DNA from: an uncultured Gammaproteobacteria bacterium | Lineage (GTDB): Bacteria; Patescibacteriota; Patescibacteriia; Magasanikbacterales; GWA2-37-8 | DNA: 64,000 bases | Reading direction: 5' to 3' | NCBI GenBank assembly: GCA_964510885.1 | Contig: CAZEDL010000007.1 | Span: 13,999 to 77,998, forward strand | Shown here: positions 48,870 to 56,701 of the stretch, piece by piece | Numbering within the stretch: position 1 is the stretch's first letter | How the letters are laid out: each line of letters opens with the position of its first letter | Program-made: the position numbers and the translations under genes | The notes under the pieces: model-generated | The model's database searches: none | What the model saw: only the letters and a program-made list of their open reading frames with translations | What the model was told of the DNA's origin: nothing

Positions 48870-49295
48870 ATGGCTAAAAAAGTATTAGCGCTCATCAAAC
48901 TCCAAATCGTTGGTGGCGCCGCCAATCCAGCGCCTCCAGTTGGTCCGGCGCTTGGTCAGCACGGCGTGAACATCGCCGGTTTCTGTAAAGAATTCAACGA
49001 CAAAACCCAAGATAAAAAAGGTGAGGTCGTGCCAGTCATCATCTCGGTCTACTCTGATCGCAGCTTCAGCTTCATCATGAAGACCCCGCCAGTACCAGAA
49101 CTGATCAAAAAGGCCGCTGGTATCAAAAAGGGCTCTGGCAAACCACTTCAGGAAAAAGTCGGTAAAATCACCAAAGCCCAGGTAAAACAAATCGCTGAAA
49201 AGAAACTCCCAGATCTTAACTGCAGCACCGTCGAATCCGCCATGCGCATGGTCGAAGGCACTGCCAAACAAATGGGAGTAACCATCGAAGGCTAA
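48870..49295 (+). CDS. rplK: 50S ribosomal protein L11
   Basis: [29 protein letters not shown]. Confidence 0.98.
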   Translation: MAKKVLALIKLQIVGGAANPAPPVGPALGQHGVNIAGFCKEFNDKTQDKKGEVVPVIISVYSDRSFSFIMKTPPVPELIKKAAGIKKGSGKPLQEKVGKITKAQVKQIAEKKLPDLNCSTVESAMRMVEGTAKQMGVTIEG

Positions 49296-49310
49296 AAACA
49301 AAAAGTAATT

Positions 49311-49341
49311 AAATCCGGCCTATATACTGGCCGGATTTTTA
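49311..49341 (+). terminator. Intrinsic terminator after rplK
   Basis: AAATCCGGCC..GGCCGGATTTTT. Confidence 0.75.
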
Positions 49342-49904
49342 TTTTCTCTTTGTGTGATCCTCGATAGGACTAAATCAAGCACCTCATCTGGAGCAAGACA
49401 GCTCGTGTCAATACGACTATACCCAGAAAAATTTTGAAAATAATTTTCTGTTTCTTGACGCAAAGTGTCCCAATAAGTGCATTGATCGGCCATCGCGCCA
49501 AGGCGCTCACGCAATCTTTTTAAAATTAACCCTGAATCACACACCAAATGAATGATCTGCACATCATCTGGCAGCGGCACTTTGCGTGCCAGTCTATCTA
49601 TAATGTCCAAAATACGGTCGCGTTCACTAGCACTAATTTTACCCGATAAATACTGTGCCGCAGTAAAGGGAAACTGAAATTGCAAACAACGCTCCAGCAC
49701 CACATCAGTTCGACTCCGATTAAAATCACGCTGTGCGAAATACTCACAAAACCATTCATTAGCGCGCACCTTATCAACTTCTATATCGCGAGGAATTTGT
49801 TTCCACCCTTCTTCGAACACTACTGCATACCCTAATTTTGACAACCTGCCTAATACAGTGGTTTTACCGCTACAGCTATCACCAACCAATACTACAAGTG
49901 GCAT
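49320..49904 (-). CDS. P-loop nucleoside/nucleotide kinase-like protein
   Basis: GDSCSGKTT Walker A, VVLER motif, IDTS near the C-terminus. Confidence 0.75.
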   Translation of the reverse strand: MPLVVLVGDSCSGKTTVLGRLSKLGYAVVFEEGWKQIPRDIEVDKVRANEWFCEYFAQRDFNRSRTDVVLERCLQFQFPFTAAQYLSGKISASERDRILDIIDRLARKVPLPDDVQIIHLVCDSGLILKRLRERLGAMADQCTYWDTLRQETENYFQNFSGYSRIDTSCLAPDEVLDLVLSRITQRENKNPASI

Positions 49905-49921
49905 ACCAAAACCAGCTAAAA

Positions 49922-51055
49922 TTAAAAAATCAGCATGGCATCGCCAAAACTATAAAATCGATACTGATCTTCCACCGCTTTCTTATAGCATTCAAGCGTA
50001 AACTCCCGATCACCGATAAACGCACTGACCAGCATAATCAAGGTTGATTTCGGCAAATGAAAATTAGTAACGAGCGCATCAATGACGTTAAACTCAAACC
50101 CTGGCGTAATAAAAATATTTATTTCGCCCGTATACGGTCGCACCACTTCGCCATTTTCAATCGGGCAGCTAGCAGCAACCCCCTCAAGCGTGCGCACGGT
50201 AGTAGTGCCAACCGCTACCACTCGCCTACCCTCACGTTTGGCTGCATTTATAAGTTCAGCATTCTTAGCAGTTAGCTCCACCCATTCACTGTGCATCTTA
50301 TGTTCAGACACATCATCACTTTTCACCGGTAAAAATGTTCCGAGGCCAACATGAAGTGTCACCTCAGCAAACTGCACGCCTTTATCTTTTAACCGCTCGA
50401 TGAGCTCCGGTGTAAAATGAAACCCGGCGGTCGGCGCCGCCACCGACCCTTCATGCTTCGCATACACCGTTTGGTACCGCTCACTTACTTCTTCTTTATT
50501 CATTGCTCCGTGCTCCTTTTGAACATAGGGCGGCACCGGCACTTCGCCATACTTATTTGCTTTAGTACGCACCGTCGCATCATCTTCGTTAAATTGCACC
50601 AGAATCGTCCCATCTTTATCCTTGGCAATTACCTCGGCTACAAAATCTTCGGCAAACACTACTTTCATACCCAGGCGAAGTTTACGCCCAGGCTTCGCCA
50701 GTACTTTCCACACCCCAAAATTCTCCATCGGCCGAACCAAAAAAACTTCGACTCGCGGAGCATTTAAAATCACATCGCTAAAGGGTGAATCTGATCGGCC
50801 CGTGGTTTTGGGCAATCCATCACTTACTTCATCAAGGGTCACTACGCCCTGCAGCCGGGCTTTAAATACCTTTGAATTATTCCAGACCACCAAATCTCCA
50901 GCCTGAAGATAATCAACAATATCGTAAAAATGCCGATGATTAAGAGCCTTATGCACCCGATCCACCACCATTAGCCTCGAACTATCACGCGGCTCGAGTG
51001 GCACCTGTGCAATTCGGATGGACGGTAAAAAATAATCAAAATCAGATGTTTTCAT
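49922..51055 (-). CDS. queA: tRNA preQ1 S-adenosylmethionine ribosyltransferase-isomerase
   Basis: YQTVYA..GSVAAPTAG, LHVGLGTF, TNFHLPKST, YRFYSFGDAM. Confidence 0.97.
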   Translation of the reverse strand: MKTSDFDYFLPSIRIAQVPLEPRDSSRLMVVDRVHKALNHRHFYDIVDYLQAGDLVVWNNSKVFKARLQGVVTLDEVSDGLPKTTGRSDSPFSDVILNAPRVEVFLVRPMENFGVWKVLAKPGRKLRLGMKVVFAEDFVAEVIAKDKDGTILVQFNEDDATVRTKANKYGEVPVPPYVQKEHGAMNKEEVSERYQTVYAKHEGSVAAPTAGFHFTPELIERLKDKGVQFAEVTLHVGLGTFLPVKSDDVSEHKMHSEWVELTAKNAELINAAKREGRRVVAVGTTTVRTLEGVAASCPIENGEVVRPYTGEINIFITPGFEFNVIDALVTNFHLPKSTLIMLVSAFIGDREFTLECYKKAVEDQYRFYSFGDAMLIF

Positions 51056-51056
51056 A

Positions 51057-51092
51057 AAGGCTAGGGAGGCTTAGGAAGCTAGGCAAGCTTGG
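51057..51092 (-). repeat. Nonamer array, downstream arm of the four-helix-bundle element
   Basis: aaggctagg gaggcttag gaagctagg caagcttgg on the + strand. Confidence 0.8.
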
Positions 51093-51444
51093 AATAATTT
51101 AAATTCTTAATCAGACCATTTAACAAATAAGCAACTTCATTAACCCTCTTAAGCATAAAAATAAACTGTTCCAAATTAATATATTCTAACGACTGAGCCA
51201 ATTCAAGATAACACTGACATTCATTGAGAGAGCCTTTTGAAATATAAAGAAACTTAAGAAAATCCTTATCAGTTGGTTTACCTCTGCCTTCAGCAATATT
51301 AGCTAACACGGAAACAGCTGCACGTCGAAATTGACTCGTTAGGCCGAACATTTCCTCTCTCGGAAAATGATTCGTCAATCGATAACTTAATTTAACAAAC
51401 TCAAAACCTTTTTTCCAAACTAGCAAATTATGGTAATCCTGCAT
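51079..51444 (-). CDS. Four helix bundle protein (23S rRNA IVP / bAvd-like family)
   Basis: YHNLLVWKKG, FPREEMFGLTSQFRRAAVSVLANIAEG, FLYISKGSLNE. Confidence 0.95.
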   Translation of the reverse strand: MQDYHNLLVWKKGFEFVKLSYRLTNHFPREEMFGLTSQFRRAAVSVLANIAEGRGKPTDKDFLKFLYISKGSLNECQCYLELAQSLEYINLEQFIFMLKRVNEVAYLLNGLIKNLNYSKLA

Positions 51445-51453
51445 ATAAAATTT

Positions 51454-51489
51454 GCAAGCCTCCCGAGCATCCCAAGCCTTCCCAGCATT
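51454..51489 (-). repeat. Nonamer array, upstream arm of the four-helix-bundle element
   Basis: gcaagcctc ccgagcatc ccaagcctt cccagcatt on the + strand; inverted relative to 51057-51092. Confidence 0.8.
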
Positions 51490-52367
51490 TACCTCAAATA
51501 CTTCGCCCGATTCAGATTATGCTCATCAAGCGTCTTGCCATAGTACATCTTGCCATCGGTGCCAGTTAAAAAATACCAATAATTGTTGGTTTCCGGGTGG
51601 AGCGCCGCTTTGATCGCTTCAATGCTCGGATTACAAATCGGCCCCGGTGGCAAGCCCGGATACTTATACGTATTCCAGGGCGAATCGATCGCTCGTTCCT
51701 GATCGGTGGTAAATACATCGCCAGTCCGATCAACGGCATAATGGACACTTGAATCCACCTGCAGCGCCCAGCCTTTTTTATACCGGCGCCACAAAATATC
51801 GGATACAATGGCCCGGTCTTCCGGATGCCTAGTTTCTTTTTCGATGATACTGGCCATAGTCATCACATCAGGCACAGTCACATCGGACATTACTTCTCCA
51901 AGCGGTGCCGTGGCACCGCTGCCATCGTCCGGAAACACACTGGTCATTTCCGTCTCCCGCTCGGCTAATAATTTTTTGATGACATCCACCAGGGTGGCAT
52001 CACGAAATACCCGGTATGTCTCTGGAGCCAGATACCCTTCATAAGAAATCGTGCCGGGTTTACGGCTTATTAACTCGAGCCCCTGAATGGCGTCAGGAAA
52101 CGGTGGCCCGGCGCGCAAGGCGCGCACTACAGCTGGCTTGCCAGTGATAGCAAACACTTCATCGGTAGTGCTGGCAAATCCTTTCACAACTAAATAATCT
52201 GCCACTTGGCGCAAAGTCCAGCCCGGAATAATTGTCAGGGTAACTTCTTCACGGGGCGGAATCACGGCAGGTGGCGGAGCAATTCGGTGAATACGGCGCC
52301 AAACCACAACACTAACTATAACCAAAAAAAATACGGCGACCAGAGAAAATTTACGATTAAAAGTCAT
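51489..52367 (-). CDS. mltG: Endolytic transglycosylase MltG
   Basis: EGYLAPETY, MASIIEKE, SPWNTYKYPGLPPGPICNP. Confidence 0.95.
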   Translation of the reverse strand: MTFNRKFSLVAVFFLVIVSVVVWRRIHRIAPPPAVIPPREEVTLTIIPGWTLRQVADYLVVKGFASTTDEVFAITGKPAVVRALRAGPPFPDAIQGLELISRKPGTISYEGYLAPETYRVFRDATLVDVIKKLLAERETEMTSVFPDDGSGATAPLGEVMSDVTVPDVMTMASIIEKETRHPEDRAIVSDILWRRYKKGWALQVDSSVHYAVDRTGDVFTTDQERAIDSPWNTYKYPGLPPGPICNPSIEAIKAALHPETNNYWYFLTGTDGKMYYGKTLDEHNLNRAKYLR

Positions 52368-52401
52368 AGTATTTTTAAAATGCTAATAATTCGTAAACCA
52401 G

Positions 52402-53091
52402 TTAAACCCCATTCCAATGGGCTCTGGCCCACTCCAGCCGCTCCGGAAGCCCAATGTCGATCCACGGGCGATCAGACACATACACATCCAAATTCTTTAA
52501 GTGCGGGAACATCTCATACTCGATACTAAAAGCGGCTGGTTCGGGAAACTGCTCACTTATGGAAGCGTTAAATAAATACAATCCACCGTTTATAATACCC
52601 ATTTCGTGCTGCCCTTCTTTTTCTTTAAATTCCAGCAAATGGTATGCCTCATCATACACCAAGGTTCCATATGAAGCAGCATCGTCAACCTTAGAGCCTA
52701 AAATAATACCATCACAATGAGGACGCAATCGCCCACACATATCTTTGATATCAATGGTGGTTAAAATATCGCCGTTAAATATTAGCGTTGGCTCATCCGG
52801 CCGAGGCAAAAAAGTATACGCGTACTTAATCGCTCCACCAGTGCCGAGCCGTTCGGGCTCCACGGCGTAAATAATTCTAACTCCGTTTACCGTATCACCT
52901 AATTCTTTTTTCAAGACATTAGACAAATGGCCAGCGGCCAACACCACTTCGCCAACGCCAAGCTCTTTAATCTTCTCTAGTTGCCACTCAAACACTGTTT
53001 TCCCTTTTATCGGTAGCAAAACTTTCGGAATATCTTTGGTAATCTCACCGAGCCGAGTTGACAAGCCGCCGCATAAAATCACTGCATTCAT
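52402..53091 (-). CDS. Sugar-phosphate nucleotidyltransferase
   Basis: AVILCGGLSTRL..PK, LGTGGAI, NGDIL, WIDIG. Confidence 0.9.
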   Translation of the reverse strand: MNAVILCGGLSTRLGEITKDIPKVLLPIKGKTVFEWQLEKIKELGVGEVVLAAGHLSNVLKKELGDTVNGVRIIYAVEPERLGTGGAIKYAYTFLPRPDEPTLIFNGDILTTIDIKDMCGRLRPHCDGIILGSKVDDAASYGTLVYDEAYHLLEFKEKEGQHEMGIINGGLYLFNASISEQFPEPAAFSIEYEMFPHLKNLDVYVSDRPWIDIGLPERLEWARAHWNGV

Positions 53092-53606
53092 AGCACAAAA
53101 AATTTACCGACTTGAGTAACGAGCGCTGCCACCGCGCAGCCGCCGACAATATCAAGTGGGTAGTGTACCCCGGCAAACACCCGTCCAAAGGAAACAACCA
53201 CCGCCAAAATTAATAGCGCAGGCCAAAAAGGCATATAAAAAGCGTGACCAAGAAACACCAGCAGCCAGGCCGTCATAGCGTGATCCGACGGAAATGACTT
53301 CCAACTCATTAACGGTGTGAACAGGAGTCGGCTACGTGGATTTGATACATGCGGCCTCGGTTCACGCACCATAAGACCTATGAATACATTAAGTACCCAG
53401 GCTGCTACCCAGGCAACTACAGAGATTGCCGCTGCCAAAAACAAACGCATCGCATCTTCCACTATGTATGCATACATCCCTAACCCATACACTGCCACCA
53501 TTACTAAAATGGCATATTCTGCGCTAAATCGGCCGACAGTATCAAGAATCGGGCTTTTGCCGACCCATTTATTTACCCAAAAAAATATTTTTTGATTCCA
53601 ATTCAT
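53088..53606 (-). CDS. PAP2-family phosphatase (BcrC-like undecaprenyl-diphosphatase)
   Basis: RP, SFPSDHA, GRVFAGVHYPLD; start moved to MNWNQ so it does not overlap the tRNA. Confidence 0.88.
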   Translation of the reverse strand: MNWNQKIFFWVNKWVGKSPILDTVGRFSAEYAILVMVAVYGLGMYAYIVEDAMRLFLAAAISVVAWVAAWVLNVFIGLMVREPRPHVSNPRSRLLFTPLMSWKSFPSDHAMTAWLLVFLGHAFYMPFWPALLILAVVVSFGRVFAGVHYPLDIVGGCAVAALVTQVGKFFVL

Positions 53607-53740
53607 AGTAGATACAGGCATAAATATGGTAGCAGTTTTGCTACCCTCTGGCAAACCTAAAACCAACCTCCCCTCTTGAAAAAAACCCTTAGCATGGTAC
53701 ACTTCTCCCGACCATCCAGGGGGCTTGCGTATTGTCTTTA

Positions 53741-53816
53741 GGGCCTGTAGCTCAGGGGTTAGAGCGCCACCCTTATAAGGTGGATGTCGATGGTTCAATT
53801 CCATCCAGGCCCACCA
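53741..53816 (+). tRNA. tRNA-Ile(TAT)
   Basis: GGGCCTG acceptor stem, CCACC-CTTATAA-GGTGG anticodon arm, GATGG-TTCAATT-CCATC T arm, A73, encoded CCA. Confidence 0.92.
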
Positions 53817-53846
53817 ACCAAACTATATATACTAGCTTCTACTATT

Positions 53847-54158
53847 ATGGGGATACCTTCTCTTGGCGGTGGGCTTAGACTTCCAGGCGGCAACCTCGGC
53901 CTCAATCGCCCTGGAGGGCTTGGAGGCAATAAACCAATCAGCAGCATCAGCCAAAATCGAGCCGTCAACAATATTGCCGCACATCCAAAAATTGCCCATG
54001 TCTATCAAAGCGGCGATAAAACCAGTCTATATGGTGCAGGGCAAGCGGCCGGTCATGGCAGCGCGGTCAGCATAACGCAGATGGGGAAAAAGCCGGGCAT
54101 CAGTGCCACCATGCGCGCGGGCAGCGGCAGCAAGCCAATTATACCAATTATAAAATAA
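53847..54158 (+). CDS. Gly/Ser-rich hypothetical protein
   Basis: 103-aa ORF from MGIPSL ending 5 nt before the pseudouridine synthase. Confidence 0.55.
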   Translation: MGIPSLGGGLRLPGGNLGLNRPGGLGGNKPISSISQNRAVNNIAAHPKIAHVYQSGDKTSLYGAGQAAGHGSAVSITQMGKKPGISATMRAGSGSKPIIPIIK

Positions 54159-54163
54159 GTTCC

Positions 54164-55135
54164 ATGACTACCCGAGCTCAAAATTTTACTGTTTCCGAAA
54201 CCGATATCCGCCCCCGGCTTGATATTTTTTTATCGGCCGAAGCAGACTTGAGCCGCTCCCAAATCCAAAAACTCATTAAATCAGGCCAAGTTTTGGTGAA
54301 CAATAAACCTGCCGGTAAGACCGGGCAACCTCTGCCACCGGGAGCAACGGTGACAATTACGCCAGCGCCAAATAAGACTACCACCCCTGACAGACTTAAG
54401 ACTAAAAAAACGATCGCCGCCGCACCAAATTTAAAAATTATTGCGGCGACCGACGACTATATCGTAATTGATAAACCAACCGGACTCCTGACCCACCCTA
54501 CCCTGGCCAATGAGCCAAACAGCGTTGCCAGTTTCCTCGTCAAAAAATATCCGGAATTAAAAAATGTCGGCGATGATCCGGTGCGCCCCGGCATTGTTCA
54601 CCGCCTTGATAAGGAAGCCTCGGGATTATTGGTGGTAGCCCGGACACCAGCCATGTTTGAACACCTAAAAAATCAATTTAAAAACCGCTCCATTGGTAAA
54701 GAATATACCGTACTAGCCCACGGCAAAGTCGCCAAGGATTGGGATGAGATTAAATTCCGTATTTCACGAGGTGATACTAATGAACGGATGGCCGCCCAGC
54801 CGACACTAGTGCGAGGCGAGGCCAGCACCCTCGGCAAAGAAGCTCTTACCGAATTTTTGGTCGACAAACGGTTTGTTAATTTTACCCTTTTAAAAGTCAC
54901 CATTCACACCGGCCGCATGCATCAGATCCGGGTTCACCTGCTCGCCTATAATCACCCGGTCGTAGGCGACCCCTTATACAAACAAAAAAAACGTAAATCC
55001 ATCTGGGATGCCAAATTAGGCCGCTTATTCTTGCACTGCAACCGCCTATCGTTCGTGGATTTGAATGGAGAGACCCAAGAATTCAACTCCGCTCTCCCCC
55101 CTGAACTAAGCGCATTTTTAACTACCCTAAGCTAA
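54164..55135 (+). CDS. rluD: RluA/RluD-family pseudouridine synthase
   Basis: S4 domain, RPGIVHRLDKEASG, TGRMHQIRVH, GDPLY. Confidence 0.92.
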   Translation: MTTRAQNFTVSETDIRPRLDIFLSAEADLSRSQIQKLIKSGQVLVNNKPAGKTGQPLPPGATVTITPAPNKTTTPDRLKTKKTIAAAPNLKIIAATDDYIVIDKPTGLLTHPTLANEPNSVASFLVKKYPELKNVGDDPVRPGIVHRLDKEASGLLVVARTPAMFEHLKNQFKNRSIGKEYTVLAHGKVAKDWDEIKFRISRGDTNERMAAQPTLVRGEASTLGKEALTEFLVDKRFVNFTLLKVTIHTGRMHQIRVHLLAYNHPVVGDPLYKQKKRKSIWDAKLGRLFLHCNRLSFVDLNGETQEFNSALPPELSAFLTTLS

Positions 55136-55145
55136 CCCGATTGTT

Positions 55146-55754
55146 ATGGATTCTTCAGCTCAGCACCGCGGCCTACTCGTCATTATCTCTTCCCCATCAG
55201 GCGGCGGCAAAGATTCGGTTATCAACGCGCTATTAAAAATCTTCCCGAGCTCCACCCGCTTTATCACCACCACTTCACGCCCCCCTCGCCCAGGCAACCG
55301 CGAAGGCGTTGATTATTACTTTATCAGCCCAGAAGAATTTCAACGTCGCATCGAACAACAAAAATTTCTAGAATGGAATTTTTATGCTGGCAATTACTAC
55401 GGCACCGAAGCCAAACACCTGGCTGACCTACAAACCAAATTCGATTTGATTCTCACCCAGATCGAAGTCAACGGCAAACACCACCTTGATCAGGCCGGAG
55501 TCGAAAACCTGTCCATCTTCCTTCTGCCAGAAAGCCTCGAGACCCTCGGCAAACGCATCGCTGCTCGCGGCGGCGTTAGCCCCGAATCACTGGCCGAACG
55601 CCTCGCTATCGCCAAGCAAGAAATTGCCGCTTCTTCGGACTATGATTATTGCGTAGCTAACCGCGAAGGCGCGCTAGCCGAAACCGTGGCTAAAGTTAGC
55701 GAAATTATCAAGGAACATCTGGCTAATCGCATAGGTATTGACAAAACCGCTTAA
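55146..55754 (+). CDS. gmk: Guanylate kinase
   Basis: SPSGGGKD, TTSRPPRPGNREGVDYYF, NYYGT. Confidence 0.95.
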   Translation: MDSSAQHRGLLVIISSPSGGGKDSVINALLKIFPSSTRFITTTSRPPRPGNREGVDYYFISPEEFQRRIEQQKFLEWNFYAGNYYGTEAKHLADLQTKFDLILTQIEVNGKHHLDQAGVENLSIFLLPESLETLGKRIAARGGVSPESLAERLAIAKQEIAASSDYDYCVANREGALAETVAKVSEIIKEHLANRIGIDKTA

Positions 55755-55766
55755 ACTGGCTAGAAT
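55738..55766 (+). promoter_or_regulatory. Sigma70 promoter for rplS
   Basis: TTGACA-17 nt-TAGAAT. Confidence 0.75.
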
Positions 55767-55864
55767 AAGCCGACTTTAACGCTAACTGGTTACCCGAATA
55801 TAGACACGATTAGCCACTGTCTACAGCCGTTTAACCACTTAGCCCTAACCTCTATTTAACTCAT

Positions 55865-56224
55865 ATGAGCGAAATGACCGCTAATAGCACTGCAATGCCA
55901 ACCTACAAACCAGGCATGGTGGTGAAAGTGCACCAAAAAATTAAAGAAACCAACGCCAAAGGCGAAGAGAAAGAACGTATTCAGATCTACGAAGGCACCA
56001 TTATCGCCGTCCGCCACGGCAAAGAAGCCGGCGCCACCGTCACGGTGCGCAAAGTATCCGAAGGCATCGGCGTCGAAAAAATCTTCCCGATCCTTTCACC
56101 AATGGTTGCCAAAATGGAAATCGTCAAACAATTTGCTGTCCGCCGCGCCAAACTCAACTACCTCCGCGACAAAGATTTCAAACGCAAGATGAACGAAATC
56201 AAAGACGATAAAGCCAAAAAATAA
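55865..56224 (+). CDS. rplS: 50S ribosomal protein L19
   Basis: KERIQIYEG, TVRKVSEGIGVEKIFP, VRRAKLNYLR. Confidence 0.97.
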   Translation: MSEMTANSTAMPTYKPGMVVKVHQKIKETNAKGEEKERIQIYEGTIIAVRHGKEAGATVTVRKVSEGIGVEKIFPILSPMVAKMEIVKQFAVRRAKLNYLRDKDFKRKMNEIKDDKAKK

Positions 56225-56236
56225 TCTATACTTATT

Positions 56237-56267
56237 AAAAATCTCTCGAAAAAACGAGAGATTTTTT
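56237..56267. terminator. Bidirectional intrinsic terminator
   Basis: AAAAATCTCTCG-AAAAAA-CGAGAGATTTTTT. Confidence 0.85.
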
Positions 56268-56291
56268 ATTAGGTACTTTTTTTAGACACTA

Positions 56292-56663
56292 TTATTCTGT
56301 TACTAACGAAGGCTGGCGTGCCTCAAAATTATACGAATTAATGATTTCTTGCCGCCCTTCAACATCGATATGAAATGTCTCACCAACTTTTTCTAAAACC
56401 CCACTTACCCGTGATTCATTTCTGGAGTGATAGGCATTATCAGGTCCTAACTGGATAAGATTGAGAGAAACTCTGTCGCCAATAAAAGCATCTAAATCAG
56501 AAAATTTTCTAATTTCAGTAGGTTTTTCTGCCATCTCTGGCACATCGTCTATCCTTAACTCTACAGTTCCGGCAACTTCTTTTACTCCACCAGACTGCTT
56601 TTTATCACCTTTATTAAACCAGGCCATTTCTTCTGAAGAGAATCCGGCGGCTTTTTTTTCCAT
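56292..56663 (-). CDS. Hypothetical protein (AT-rich)
   Basis: ORF from MEKKAAG downstream of uvrA. Confidence 0.6.
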   Translation of the reverse strand: MEKKAAGFSSEEMAWFNKGDKKQSGGVKEVAGTVELRIDDVPEMAEKPTEIRKFSDLDAFIGDRVSLNLIQLGPDNAYHSRNESRVSGVLEKVGETFHIDVEGRQEIINSYNFEARQPSLVTE

Positions 56664-56701
56664 AGATTTGTTATTAAAAATAAAGATATTTACATTGTAA
56701 A

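Noticed and set aside
51079-51444. Diversity-generating retroelement (Avd-like gene)
   Set aside because: No reverse transcriptase and no TR/VR repeat pair seen in the window
53607-53804. N-terminal extension of the PAP2 ORF and the 53784 start of the downstream ORF
   Set aside because: Both overlap tRNA-Ile; downstream ATGs give sensible proteins
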